DNA of 64,000 bases from Octopus bimaculoides (GCF_001194135.2 NC_069004.1:14103818-14167817), one strand, 5' to 3'. Numbered from the stretch's first letter, positions 13,101-26,059 are shown. The notes: generated from the letters alone by a model not told the origin. Program-made: numbers and translations.

Positions 13101-14276
13101 TATCCAGCTTCCAGATGTTCAAAATTTCCAGAAATCTAGGAATTTTGTGCAGTTCTGTGTAATATACTGTACCCTTGTATTAAGTAAATAGTCTCTGCTC
13201 TGCATATTAGTTAATTTAAAGGCACATAGCTTAGTGTTTAGGGTATTCAGCTCATGATTGTTAGTTTGTGAGTTTGATTCCCAGTGACATGTTGTGTCCT
13301 TGAGCAAGACGCTTCATTTCACATTGCTCCAGTCCCCTCACCTGGCAAAAGTGAGTTGCACCTGTTATTCAAAGGGCCAGCCTTGTCACATTCTGTGTCA
13401 CACTGAATCTCCCTGAGAACTGCATGAAAGGTACATGTGTGACTGGAGAGCTCAACTGGAACCCTCATTACCATAACCGACAGAGAGCCAGGGGGGGGGG
13501 GGATGTGTGGAAATTGTATACAATGTGGTGCTCCAGCATGACCACAGCTGCATGGCTGAAACTAGTAAAAGAATGTATTAAAAATAGTTTTGTTCTTAAC
13601 TTTCTTATGTGGATTGAAAAATATTGGTTTCAAATTTTGGCACAAAACTGACCATTTCAGTGAGGGGATAAGTTGATTACATGGACCCCATTGTTCAACT
13701 GGTATTTATTTAACTGACCATGATGGGATGAAAAGCAAAGTCAACCTCAGCAGAATTTGAACTCTGAATGTAAAGACAAATGAAATGTTGACAGGCAATT
13801 TGTCCAGTGTTCTAATGATTCTGCTGATTTGCTGCTTTTGGAATGATAAATATTAAACATACTCTGTTTCAGATATTCTTTTGCTCCTTTACTTCTTTCA
13901 GTCATTTGACTGTGGCCATGCTGGAGCACTGCCTTAAAGGGATTTTGTCCACAAAATTGACCTCAGGATTTATTCTGTGTAAGCCTAATACTTATTCTAT
14001 CAGTCTCTTTTGCCAAACCACTAGTTTACGGGGACGTAAATACACCAATGTAGGTTGTCAAGTGATGGTGGGAGGAGAAACACAGATACAAAGACACACA
14101 CACATATATACAGGGATGTAAACACACCAGGTATTGGTAGTGCAAATCAGAGGTGCAATCTGTGTGAGTGTTTTTTCAAAACACTGTCTGGTTTAAAAAG
14201 CCACATCAGACGCCATGAAAGGGCTAAGGTGTAGGTGCAGGAGGTGGTCAAACTCTGTTTAAGGAGTAGACAACCA

Positions 14277-14317
<41 letters not shown>

Positions 14318-14935
14318 CTTCTTTCAGTTTCCATCTACATAATCCATTCACAAGGCTTTGGTTGGCTATAGTAGAAGATACTTGCCCAAGGTGCTACACA
14401 ATGGGACTGAACCCAGAAACATGTGGTTGGGAAGCAAGCTTCTTAATACACAGCTGCACCTGTGCCTATATGTATTAATTTGTACTGGTATCTGTTAAGT
14501 AAAACCATGTTCTTTACTCTTCTTCATTTAATTTTCATCTTATAAACATTATACAGCATACATGATACAGTACAATCAATTTTAAGAATGTTTAAGTATC
14601 CTAATAAATAGCAAACAGATCCTGTTTTAGAAGTGTATTCATTTGAATCAGTTAAATGCAATTTAGCTCTTCACTTTTTCATAGTTTTATTTTGTATTTT
14701 AAGTATATATATATATATATATAGATATATATATATCTTTTACTCTTTTACTTGTTTCAGTCATTTGACTGTGGCCATGCTGGAGCACTGCCTTTAGTCA
14801 GGCATATTGATCCCAGGACTTATTCTTTGTAAGCCCAGTACTTAATCTACCGGTCTCTTTTGCCGAATCGCTAAGTTACAGGGATGTAAACACACCAGCA
14901 TCGGTTGTCAAGCGATGATGGGGGAACAAACACAG

Positions 14936-14966
<31 letters not shown>

Positions 14967-17266
14967 ATAATATTAGGGACAAAATCCAAAATTACAGGTA
15001 AAAAACTCAATTAAAATCAATTTATAAAAAATTAAAATTAAATTGAGCCATATAGATAAAGTATATATAAAATATATAGTTTTAGGGAAAATAACCAATT
15101 TTCAAGAACTCATCGATGAAAATCCACTATCACATATAGAAAAATTAATAATTAAAAGCTCAATAAATGAGTATAATATAAAGTAAAGTAAATATCATAA
15201 GATAAATATAAAATATTATATTATATTATATTTATCNNNNNNNNNNTTACTTTACTTTATATTATACTCATTTATTGTGCTTTTAATTATTAATTTTTCT
15301 ATATGTGATAATGGATTTTCATCGATGAGTTCTTGAAAATTGGTTATTTTCCCTAAAACTATATATTTTATATATATATATATATAAATATATACGACAA
15401 GTTTCTTTCAGTTTCCGTCTACCAAATCCACTCACAAGGCTTTGGTCGGCCTGAGGTTATAGTAGAAGGCACTTGCCCAAGGTACCATGCAGTGGGACTG
15501 AACCTGGAACCATGTGGTTGGTAAGCAAGCTACTTACCACACAGCCACTCCTACGCATATATATATAGAGAGACTGTCTCCAGAAAACTGAAAAATCCAG
15601 AAATCCAGGACACTTCTGGTTCTTAGCTTACTGTATTTTGGTTTTAGTTCCATCAATTTTCAATAAACACATCTTTGTCCTGAGTAATTCAAAGGGTTAA
15701 ACTTTCTTATTCAAAATAAAGATATTCCAAATGGATATTTCAACTTTTTAATTTTGCATTTCTTGCAAGATAATATATTTCCAAAGAACCCCCAGAGAAA
15801 GCATAAATCAATTCTAAATTATGCGAAATTTTACTCTGTAGAGATATCAATATACGAACCAACCAGATTTTATATTCAAGTCTCATTAATCAATTAGTGT
15901 ATTGGGTTGGCTTACTTTTATCACCTTTTCCTTTGACATACATTTTCCATTCTTATTTTTTTATTTATTTAAACCCTTCCTTTCGCACTTGCTAATATAC
16001 CCATTCCATAGATTATCTAAATAGAGCTAATTCATTTGGAGTATTATCAAAGTTTTAACTGCATTTCTTAGTGGCTTTCAACAATGAAGTTAAGTATATT
16101 TAACAAAACTTCAGTTGTTTACAAAATTTTGCAAGATGAAAGCTAAGCTAATTAACTGTTACATATTTTTATTTATCTTATATGTATTTATTTATTTAGA
16201 GAGAAGGAGAAAGGGGGAGAGAGGGAGAGAGAGAGAGGGATGGATGGATGGCTAGATGGATGGATGGATGGCTAGAAGAATATATATATATATATATATA
16301 TACACAGACAGATAGATAGATAGATAGATATTAAAACTGTTTTTTTTTGTGTGAAATTTATCACAATTTAGTACTGTCAGTAAAATGTACTGGAAATGTG
16401 AATAATATTTTTATGACAGATTTCGTATTAAGCTATCATTTCATTGTTTCATGTACACATCTCAAATACTGGATCTTTAACATATCAAATAACTCATCCT
16501 TTATCCCACTACTGGTTTATAACCACTTGACTGCTAGAAATAGCAGCCAAATCTCCCTCAAATATTCTGCTATCTTATGCAGAGGAAGGATGCATTAGAC
16601 GATGTCTTAAAAATACCCTTTAAAAAAGGCAGGACAATCTTAGGAGAAATGCCTTTGAAATAGGTTTGCTCAAAATGGGTTAACCTGAGGTGAAACAACA
16701 ACAGATCTCCTTCACTCCCTTGATTATTGGGTTAAAAAACTCCTATACCTCTCTACCGGTTTTATACATGTAATTTCCCCAACCCTACCTCAGGTGCTGA
16801 ATTCTCTGATTCCTTCCATTATTTTTTAATATAACTCTACTTGTTTAACGATGATATTCAGATAATGAAATGTATAACATTTAAAATATGCATACAAATA
16901 CAGAATGGTATTGGCTGTAGTAGTTGTCTCAAAGAAACTTCTCTAGAGAGATTTAGTATGTTAAAAACACAGAGCACACCCTGAATGAAGATTTGCTGGA
17001 GTTGTTCAGAGCACACATGTTTTGGTTTGATTTAACCTCCTCAATGATGAATACTTTAAGTCATTCTGAGTTAGAACTTTTGTTCTGATACAATAAGACC
17101 AGCAAACAAACAAAAAAAAAAAACAAAAACATTTGTATGCATGATACAGTATGTGGCATTTTAAGAATTTTATCTTAATAAATATCAAACAGATCCTGCT
17201 TTAGAAGTATATTAATTTGAATCTGTTGAATACAATTTAGCTCTTTACTTTACATAGTTTACTTTG

Positions 17267-17419
17267 TATAAATACAGTGTACATTTAAATACATAAGAGG
17301 TATCAAGCACAGGATTACTGGCATGCTAGAAGACACAGCCAAAATCCAAACCACTTTTAGCGTACCAGGAATCCTATGATGGATACCTCTTATGTGTTTA
17401 AATGTACACTGTATTTATA
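17267..17419. repeat. 153-nt fold-back (inverted repeat) element
   Basis: Arms 17267-17304 and 17382-17419 are reverse complements at 37 of 38 positions; the stem continues imperfectly for about 24 more bp. Confidence 0.92.
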
Positions 17420-18974
17420 TGAATAATATATAGTCTATTGACTAATTTTTCTACATGCTAGGCCACTGGTAGTAAAAATTTCTAAAATTTTTATTACCCT
17501 GATATTATTAATAGTTTATTTTGTATTTAAGTGTGGCTCTGTGGTATGAAGCTTGCTTCAAAAACTCATGGTACTGGGTTCAGCACCTCTATGAGGAATC
17601 TTGGGCAAGTGTCTGCTACTATAGCATCAGGCAGCCAAAGCCTTGTGAGTGGATTTGGTAAATGGAAACTGATAGAAGCCCCTCGTATATGTATATATAT
17701 ATAAGTATATATTTATGTGTGTCTTTGTGTAAGTCTTTGTCCCTCCCTCTATCATTTGACAACCATTGTTCGTGTGTTTACGTTCCCATAACTGAGCAGT
17801 TCAGCAAAAAAGACTGATAGAATAAGTACTAGGCTTACAAAGAATAAGTCCTGGGGTCAATTTCTTTGACTAAAACCCTGTAAGGTGGTGCTCCAGATAA
17901 CTGAACCAAGTAATAGAACAAAAGAATATATTTAGACAGTCTCCAGAAAACTGGAACATTCAGAAATCTGGGACTCTTCTAGTCCTTAGTTTGCTGGATG
18001 AAAGGCAAAGTCAACTATAGCCACAAGCTGACCAAAGCCTTGTGCATTTTATCCAATGCTCTAATGACTACCAATTCAACACTTTAAACAGTAATATGCT
18101 GAGGTTGATTCAGTCACCTATGAAAAATGCCATCCTCATTCTCTAATTTTTTGTGTTGATGACTACTAGAAAAAAAGGGTTTCCATCAGTTTGGAGGAGT
18201 CCATTAAACTCCAAGCACTGAAACAGCCGGAAAACTGCAGACGCAACAAAGCAAACCAGATGAAATGATTTAATCACGAAGTGGACCCCTATCAAGACCA
18301 TAACATTCCCACCCTCACCTCCACCACTCACTCAGTCACATACCTTCAGCTATTAAATATTGGCCAAGAGCCTGTTCTAAAGAAATCAATATGTTATATC
18401 TAACCAGCAACATTTAATATCTAAAGATGTTTTATTTATTTTTATTATATGACAGTAAACCAGTTTAAATAAATAATTATATATTAGCTTCGAGCAAGAT
18501 AGTATTAGTTAGTTAAGTAGTAGTGAATTTAGTAAAAAAAAGAAAACAAAAACAAAAAAAAAGCAGCCAGAGAAGTAACAAGTTAATTAGGCTTTAAGTG
18601 CTTTTAGCTGACAGCCTGTCCAGTTTTTGTTTTTACTCACACTTGTCAACATTTGACTGACAATGCGTATGCATGTTCTATGTGTGACAATGTGTATGCA
18701 TAATCTATATATGACAATATGAGCATGTGCAAGAATGTGCACATGCACACATTATTGAAAGGCAAACTAAGTTATGATAATTAAAATTCTAAATGATAAT
18801 CATTTATTTTCCACAGGGGTGAAAGAACTATAACATTATAGTTCTATGAAAATTTTATTCATGTAAACATAGTTGAGTTGTTATTCAAATACAGAAATAT
18901 GTAAGCTATATATTCATGTCTATATTATATTTGCATTACAAACTGTATATTTATATATAAAAACGTAATATGGG

Positions 18975-19350
18975 GGCAGGTGTGGCTGTGTGGTAAGAAG
19001 TTTGCTTCCCAACCACATGGTTCCGGGTTCAGTCTCACTCCATGGTGCCTTGTCCAACGTGTTGTCTACTATAGTCCCAGGATGATCAGAGCCTTGTGAG
19101 TGGATTTGGTAGACATAAACTGAAAGAAGCCCATCACAAACACATACACATACACACGTGTGTGTGTGTGTGTGTGTGCATTTGTTCCCCCCCACCACTG
19201 CGTGACAACTGGTGTAGGTTTGTTCACATCCTCATAACTTAGCAGTTGGACATAATAAGTGTCAGGCTTAGAAACAGGTTGATTTACTTGATTAAATCCC
19301 TCAAAGTGATGCCCCAGCATGGCCGCAGTCAAAGAACTGACAGGAATAAG
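18975..19350 (+). mobile_element. SINE family A, plus-strand copy
   Basis: ggcaggtgtggctgtgtggtaagaagtttgcttcccaaccacatggttccgggttcagtc...ccccagcatggccgcagtc. Other plus copies at about 17530-17925, 26440-26820, 28660-28820, 43660-44175, 47010-47380 and 48105-48400. Confidence 0.85.
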
Positions 19351-19684
19351 ACTATTACAGATCAACACTATCTACATAAAGATATGTACAGCATGTTGTT
19401 TTTTGTTAAAGTATGTGTTTAAATGTGAGTGAGTGAGTGAGTGAGTGAGAGAGAGAGACAGAGAGAGAGACAGACAGAGAGACAGAGTGAGAGAGAGACA
19501 GAGTGAGAGAGAGACAGAGTGAGAGAGAGACAGAGAGAGAGGGGGGAGGGAGTTCATACATCATTACTTCAAAGATTTAAAGTCTTCAGCCAATATGGAC
19601 GGCAACGGCTCAATATAATGTATTTTTATGGGACCTTTCTATAACGAGGTGGTTGCAGTGGTGGTGGTAGTGGTGGTAGTGTTG

Positions 19685-19731
<47 letters not shown>

Positions 19732-21469
19732 CGGTGGTGGTGGGATCATTGAATTATATTGAATATATAAAACTCTTGCATGAGGAAAATCAATATAAAG
19801 TCAAAACCTGTTATTTCTATGATGACTTACTTGTAGAAGTTAATTAAAATAAGATACATATATATATATATATACACACACAGAGACACATCTACATTAC
19901 ATATATATAATGTATGTATACATACACACACACTTATTCATACATACATACGTACGTATACATAAAGTAGTAGATAAAGAAACAACTCTTAAGACTTCAT
20001 CACACAGTGGAAATAATGTTTTTCAGAAAAATTCTTAAAAAGCTGAAGATCAATAAGAGTTGACAATGAATTTTCCTTACAATTTTTACATTACAATAAA
20101 AAAAAATGTATAAAAAAATAAAAGGGACAAATTCATTTACCATATTTATTTTGAGACATTTTTTTTTTATATCTCAGAGTTGGCTTCACAATCAATTAAG
20201 TCTATTTTTCTAGATAAAGATCTATTTTAATAAACGTTAGATTCTTAAAACAAAATTACCAATATATTCGAGAATAAAAAAAAAAACTCAGCTACAATTT
20301 TATGGAGCATAATCTACTGCTGTTAGTTTTCCTGGCCACTAACTAGTGCTTAATGCTTTAACAAGAACATCAAAGAATTATTTTTTTCTATTTACTAGAT
20401 TTGTTTTTCCCAATCTTACTATTTCAAGATATATTTGTTCTCTAGTATGAAAGCTATTCACTTACAAGGAACAAATTTATAATTTGTCATGAAAATAAAT
20501 TTTTAGAGGTATTCTTGTTTTCATCTTCAGTTCTTATTAACATTTCAAAATAATTACACGAAACAAATAATCATTTTATTTTTATAGATTAATTAGTATG
20601 GGATAACACTTATCTTGAGTACATTCATTCGATAACGAAAACTTTAAAACAAAACAAACAAAAGCTTCCCATCGTCAGTTTATATTTGCAAATTTTACAA
20701 TTAAATGTGATTTAATAACAAATTTCAATCAAATCGATTAAGAAATCATGTCATTGTGTTTAGGAGACAACTTTTTTTTACTCATTTAAAATGTGTGGTG
20801 AATAACAAGTGTGATATGAGCATAAAGTTTTGTTATGAATGTGAGAAAGGCCTAGATCTAGACTTTACAAAAATCATGAAATCTTGAAATAAGGAAATCC
20901 TGTTAGGTGAGAAAAACACAAGTAGGAGTGGAGGGATTATATTAAACTGTGTAATATGATTTTTGTCCGCGGGTAGCAACTGGTATTTCATATTTATGTA
21001 CCCCTAGAACGTATGAAAAATAGCTAATATTTCCTCCAGACTTTGCTTTCATTACAATATTTATTCAAACCCCAAAGAATCCCTCTCAACACATGGTTAT
21101 TATGCTTCCCCACTACTCCTGCTCATGATCAGAGATGTACTTATTGTTAGCCACTAAAGGATATACTCAAGTGGTTAAGATCAAGCAACTGACAAGCAAA
21201 TCTGTGGTATTGAACAGAATATTTGCTACAGAAACTTAGCACTGAATTTGTCTGAAGTGTAATGGAAATTAGGTCAGTTTCAAAACATTGGCGTCGAAGT
21301 TACAAAAGGAAAGTTTGAAGGGAATAGTAGTGATTTCCTTTGATTTCTAGTTAGAAGCAAATAGGAAATAACACTTACTGACCAAAGACAAAAAGAATTA
21401 AAATTCTGTAACAAAAAGATTACTGATTAAACCATTTGACATCATCATTGTTGTCATTATCATTTAATG

Positions 21470-21989
21470 CAGGGGTCACCAAATATTTTCCGTGGCAGGT
21501 CAGATAACTGAGAGAATGATGAGGATGGGCTGCATTACCATTTTGTTCAATACAATACAGTGAACACAAAAAATAAAGACAACCAACATATTTATTTACC
21601 AATGAGTTATCAAAGAAGGTGACATTGGCAATAAGATAGTTGTATCACACCCAGTGTGCACATATCCGATTCTCACAAAATAAGCAGCAAAAAAGGTTAG
21701 TGAGATTTGTGAAACTGGTGTTTAGCTTTTATGATATAATCAATATTTGCTTTGGAATTGCTGCATCCAACCAAGAGAATTGCTTTCAAATGTTCATCAG
21801 TCAACCTCGTTTGATGAGCTGACTTCACATTCTTCACTTTTGAAAATGTTTGCTCAGACAGACATAAGTTGTTCCAAACACTGCTGCCATATCAGAAGGA
21901 AATGAATTCTCATTGTAGGTACTTGTATAAAAGGTATAATGCAGTGGCTGGCTAGATCTGGCCTGTGGGCTGTATTTTGGTGACCCCTG
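21470..21989 (-). mobile_element. Non-autonomous hAT element with a perfect 8-bp TSD and a transposase dimerization-domain remnant
   Basis: TIRs caggggtcaccaaa / tttggtgacccctg; TSD ATTTAATG at 21462-21469 and 21990-21997. Minus-strand interior reads MAAVFGTTYVC(fs)EQTFSKVKNVKSAHQTRLTDEHLKAILLVG...QFHKSH*, a Charlie/SPIN-like hATC domain. Confidence 0.9.
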
Positions 21990-23399
21990 ATTTAATGTCT
22001 GTCCTCCATGCTGGTATGAGTCACACAGTTTGACAAGAGTTGGCAAGACAGAGGGCTATGCCACCAAGTTTTATTGTTTGTTTTGGCATGGTTTCTATGG
22101 TTGGATCCCCTTCCTAACATTGACCACTTTACAGAACGTTCAGATTGCATTTTTCATGGCACAATCAGTAGGGGTGTCACCAAGTAACCTGGAAGAAAAG
22201 ACAAAGTCACTCTCGACCGGGAGGGGGGGGGAGGGGGAGGAGAGTAGTATTGAGGGAGGTGGCTTTGTGCCAGTTGATAAGAGGTTAAAAGAATAGTAGA
22301 GGAATAGATAGAGGTGTCTTGCTGTAGAAGAGATACAAGGATACTCCAGTTAGAGGAGAAGGGAGAGAAAGCGGTGGAGAGAGAAAGAGAGAGAGATGTG
22401 GTGGTTGTGTGCCAGTATATACTCTCAAGGCACAGTGTGAGAGAATATAGGGGACAAAGAGAACAAACATTCAGAAAACACACACATGACAAGCTTCTTT
22501 CAGTTTCTTATTTCTTTATTGCCCACAAGGGGCTAAACATAGAGGGGACAAACAAGGACAGACAAAGGGATTAAGTCGATTACATCAACACCCCAGTGTG
22601 TAACTGGTACTTAATTTATTGACCCCGAAAGGATGAAAGGCAAAGTCAATCTCGGCGGAATTTGAACTCGGAACATAACGGCAGATGAAATACCACTAAG
22701 CATTTCGCCCAGCGTGCTAACATTTCTGCCAGCTCGCCACCTCTTTCAGTTTCTGTTTACCAAATCCACTCACAAGGCCTTTGTTGACCCAGGGCTATAG
22801 TAGAAGACACTTGCCCAAGGTGCCACATAGTGAGACTCAACCTAAAATCATATGGTTGGGAAGCAAACTTCTTACCACACAGTCATATATTCAGCCACAC
22901 CTCTGCCTATTCTGCAAATCATTTAGATAATAATTTCTTTAATTAATAAAACAATAAATTAAAGCCTATTGATTACTTTGGACAAAGTTATTTGTCCAGC
23001 TTTCAAATTTTCCCAACCCCAGAAGTTTCTAGACAATGTCAAATACAAAACAAAAGGTATAAAAATATTGATTAGTTTTTATCAAGTGTGACAAATCAAT
23101 CAAATCAATTGCTTAGACTTTTAATGAGTCATTAGTGTGTCATTGCTATTGGAGGATACAGAAATTGTGGTATTCAAGCTTTTCTTGGAGAGTACTTTGT
23201 AACACAACATCCACCAATCAAGACTGTTATGAGCTGTTGATGTATGAAGATATGATACATTCAGCAATGGAGATTCTGCTCTAGTTTGGAAGGAGGTTTA
23301 TCTAAGAGATTTATGTGAAACAATCTGTCTCCCATACACACAGACCCACTTTGTGTGTAGGCATGGCTACACGGTTCAGAAGTTCACTTCGCACTCAAG

Positions 23400-23640
23400 G
23401 TTCAAAAGATATGAAAGTGGCAAAGATGGTAGAGTTGACAGTTCCCTGGGAAGCAAACATGGAAGATGCTTTCCTTAGGAAAGGGCAGAAAATACAGTGA
23501 GTTGGCTGAACTTTGTGGAAACAATGAATGGGAAGCAACATGTGTTTCTGTAAAGGCAGGTGTTAGAGGATTTGTTGGAATCTGGGGTTCACTTAGCCCT
23601 TTTGAACTAGTAAACTGTACCTGACAACCCAAGCACTCAA
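23400..23640 (+). mobile_element. HERO-like RLE non-LTR retrotransposon C-terminal fragment
   Basis: KMVELTVPWEANMEDAFLRKGQKIQ, then after a frameshift ...ELCGNNEWEATCVSVKAGVRGFVG. Matches the ELTVPWE...RK..KY...VEVG.RGF endonuclease signature. Confidence 0.72.
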
Positions 23641-23789
23641 TTTTGTGAAAAGAACACTTCGCGAAATCCCTCCTTCCCAATATTACTCTCCGTAACTCTC
23701 ACTCTACCCATGCAAAGGGTACTGCACTGTCTATCTTTCCTTGATAAAATATAAAAACAAAAAAAAATGGAAACTGAAAGAAGCCAGTC

Positions 23790-23823
<34 letters not shown>

Positions 23824-24164
23824 ATGTGTGTGAGTGTGGTTGTCCCTGCCATCACGGCTTGATAACCAGTGTTGGTGTGTTTAGACCAATACAATAAGTA
23901 CTGGATTTAAAAATAAAAAAGTTCTGAGGTTGATTTGCTCAACTAAAACCCTTCAAAATGGTGCTCCAGCATGGCCTCAGTCAACTGACTGAAACAAGTA
24001 AAAGAATAAAAAAGTAAACAAACCCAAATGCTGGTAGTTGACCACTTTCCCTATAACTGAACCAGTTTATAAGATTCTAAAGGATGGCTTGGCTGGCCAA
24101 AACTTTGAAGTCACTGTCAACAATATTCTTGTACAAGAATAATAAACTTGTGGTCTACAAAAGT

Positions 24165-24470
24165 GAAGGTGCATGGCTCAGTGGTTAGAGTGTCAGGCTC
24201 ACAATCATGAGGTAGTGAGTTTGATTCCTGGACTGGGCTGTGTGTTGTGTTCTTGAGCAAGACACTTTATTTCACGTTGCTCCAGTTCACTCAGCTGCAG
24301 AAATGAGTTGCAACATCACAGGTGCCAAACTGTATCGGCCTTTGCCTTTCCCTTGGTTAATGTCAGTGGCACGAAGAGGGGAGGCTGGTATGCATGGGTG
24401 ACTGCTGGTCTTCTGTAAACAACTTTGCCCAGACTTGTGCCTTGGAGGAGAACTTTCTATGTGCATAAAG
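24165..24470 (+). mobile_element. tRNA-derived SINE family C; also at 44305-44640(-) and 49628-49960(+)
   Basis: catggctcagtggttagagtgtc...gtttgattcctgga...gagcaagacactttatttcacgttgctccagttcactcagctg...gcatgggtgactgctggtc is shared by all three copies. Confidence 0.85.
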
Positions 24471-25357
24471 TAACCCATCAGATTAATGTAGAATTGTTCT
24501 TATTATAGCTGAACATAAAAACAAAATATCAACCCTTTAGCATTTAAGCTGGCTATATCTGGCCCATATATTCTACCTCAGACTGGCCAGATTTGGCCTC
24601 TCACATCTGCCCTACAATGTCATACTAAAAATATACAATCACATCATCAAAATTTAAACGTTATGAGATAGAGTATGATTAATCCAAAACAATGTGAATA
24701 AATAAGGATAACATTTGGCAGAATAATCTGGATGCTCCATAGTTAATATAATAGAAAGTCGTATTTACCAGACATATGGAGTTACAACTATCATTTATTT
24801 ATGCCCATTCAAAGAAGCCCAACTTGCACCTTGGTCGTTAATTATCATCAGTTTAGTCCTGATTTGGCAAACTTTTCATCAAAAATATTTCAGCTGTGAT
24901 TATTTGTTATTTTATTTCAATGTATCTAAGACTAAACTATGCAGAGTTTCCTTTTTTTTTACACGGAGATTTAGCTACTATTTCAGTGTGAGACTTCATT
25001 ACAAACTCTGGTTAACATGACTACTGCTACCAGCTATGATACAACAATAGTTAAGAAAGAACTGAACAACATATTTATTTAGAACTGCGAATAAATAAAT
25101 ATAATTTTGCATAATTTTCAAGAAGTGATATTCTAAAAATGACATCATATATCAGAAGAAGGAGCCATAATTACATAATTAACATGTAATGAATGAGAGA
25201 AGAAGGAAAAATAAGATTGTCTTCTATAAATAAAAATTAATATAATGTCTTCTTACAGATTCATTAAAAAAAATTAACTTGAAAAAAAAAAATAGGTGAT
25301 AAGTGTTAACAGAAGCATAATGTGTTATTTAAAATATTTTATTAGTGGAGTAGGAGA

Positions 25358-25403
<46 letters not shown>

Positions 25404-25585
25404 TATATATGCATAAATGTATATAATATATATGTATGTATATAACATACATACACACACACATATATATATATATGTATGAATGTATCTGTCAATCTAT
25501 GATATACATAAATGTAATTTAAAATACTCCATGTATATAAATGAGTATATATGCATATAGAAGTAAATATATATCAGTCACTCAC

Positions 25586-25686
25586 CGTTCTTTCATAAAT
25601 TTCAAGGTGTGTACAATATCTGGCCTTTTTTGTCGGTAATTCCATAGATGTAAGGTATCATCAGAACAAACTGTTACCAATGCACC
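25586..25686 (-). CDS. STXBP5: Tomosyn internal coding exon, 101 bp
   Basis: Minus strand: tttcag|GGT GCA TTG ... AAA GAA CG|gtgag, translating GALVTVCSDDTLHLWNYRQKRPDIVHTLKFMKE(R). Compare vertebrate GALVSALADDTLHLWNLRQKRPAILHSLKF..R. Splices in frame to the 47894-47975 exon. The RQKRP and FGRPG motifs favour tomosyn over the paralogue Lgl. Confidence 0.95.
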
Positions 25687-26019
25687 CTGAAATTTCAAAT
25701 GGAAATTGAAGAGAATCATAATTATCGTTTAGAAATAAATTCAAAACAAATGTAAAATAAAATTAATAAATAAATGTAGAAGAGAAGTGTTATGAATAGA
25801 TCTTATTTTAAATGTTTTTTTTTTTTTTCAGTTGCATGGTTGATTCTTGGAGGAAGCGGGTGTTGAGTGCTTAGAGCTCCTATGCAGCAAAAGAAGAAGA
25901 AAGTGGTTGGCTGGCTGGTTTTCGGTATTTTTGAAAGACTGAAAGTTTAATTACATGTAATAAAACAGGACCAGAGAGATGTAAATTGTGAAAGGAGGCT
26001 GGAAAGATTGTGTGTAATG

Positions 26020-26059
<40 letters not shown>

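Noticed and set aside
15310-15355. CGATGAG...GAAAA in the palindromic insert as a third hammerhead
   Set aside because: No CUGA core, and helices II and III cannot be formed.
18120-18300. GC-richer stretch and ORF 18143..18331 as a tomosyn or nested exon
   Set aside because: All plausible acceptor/frame combinations hit stops and there is no similarity to the expected next tomosyn exon (..CHLPFQSKWLY..).
24165-24240. tRNA-like sequences (A/B boxes) here and at 27684, 49628 and 13220
   Set aside because: They continue into shared SINE bodies and do not fold into a complete cloverleaf; they are SINE heads, not tRNA genes.
25842-25914. Strong plus-strand acceptor (T-run CAG) near the 101-bp tomosyn exon
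   Set aside because: All three frames close within 50 nt and the donor is weak; poly-T tracts create such sites by chance.
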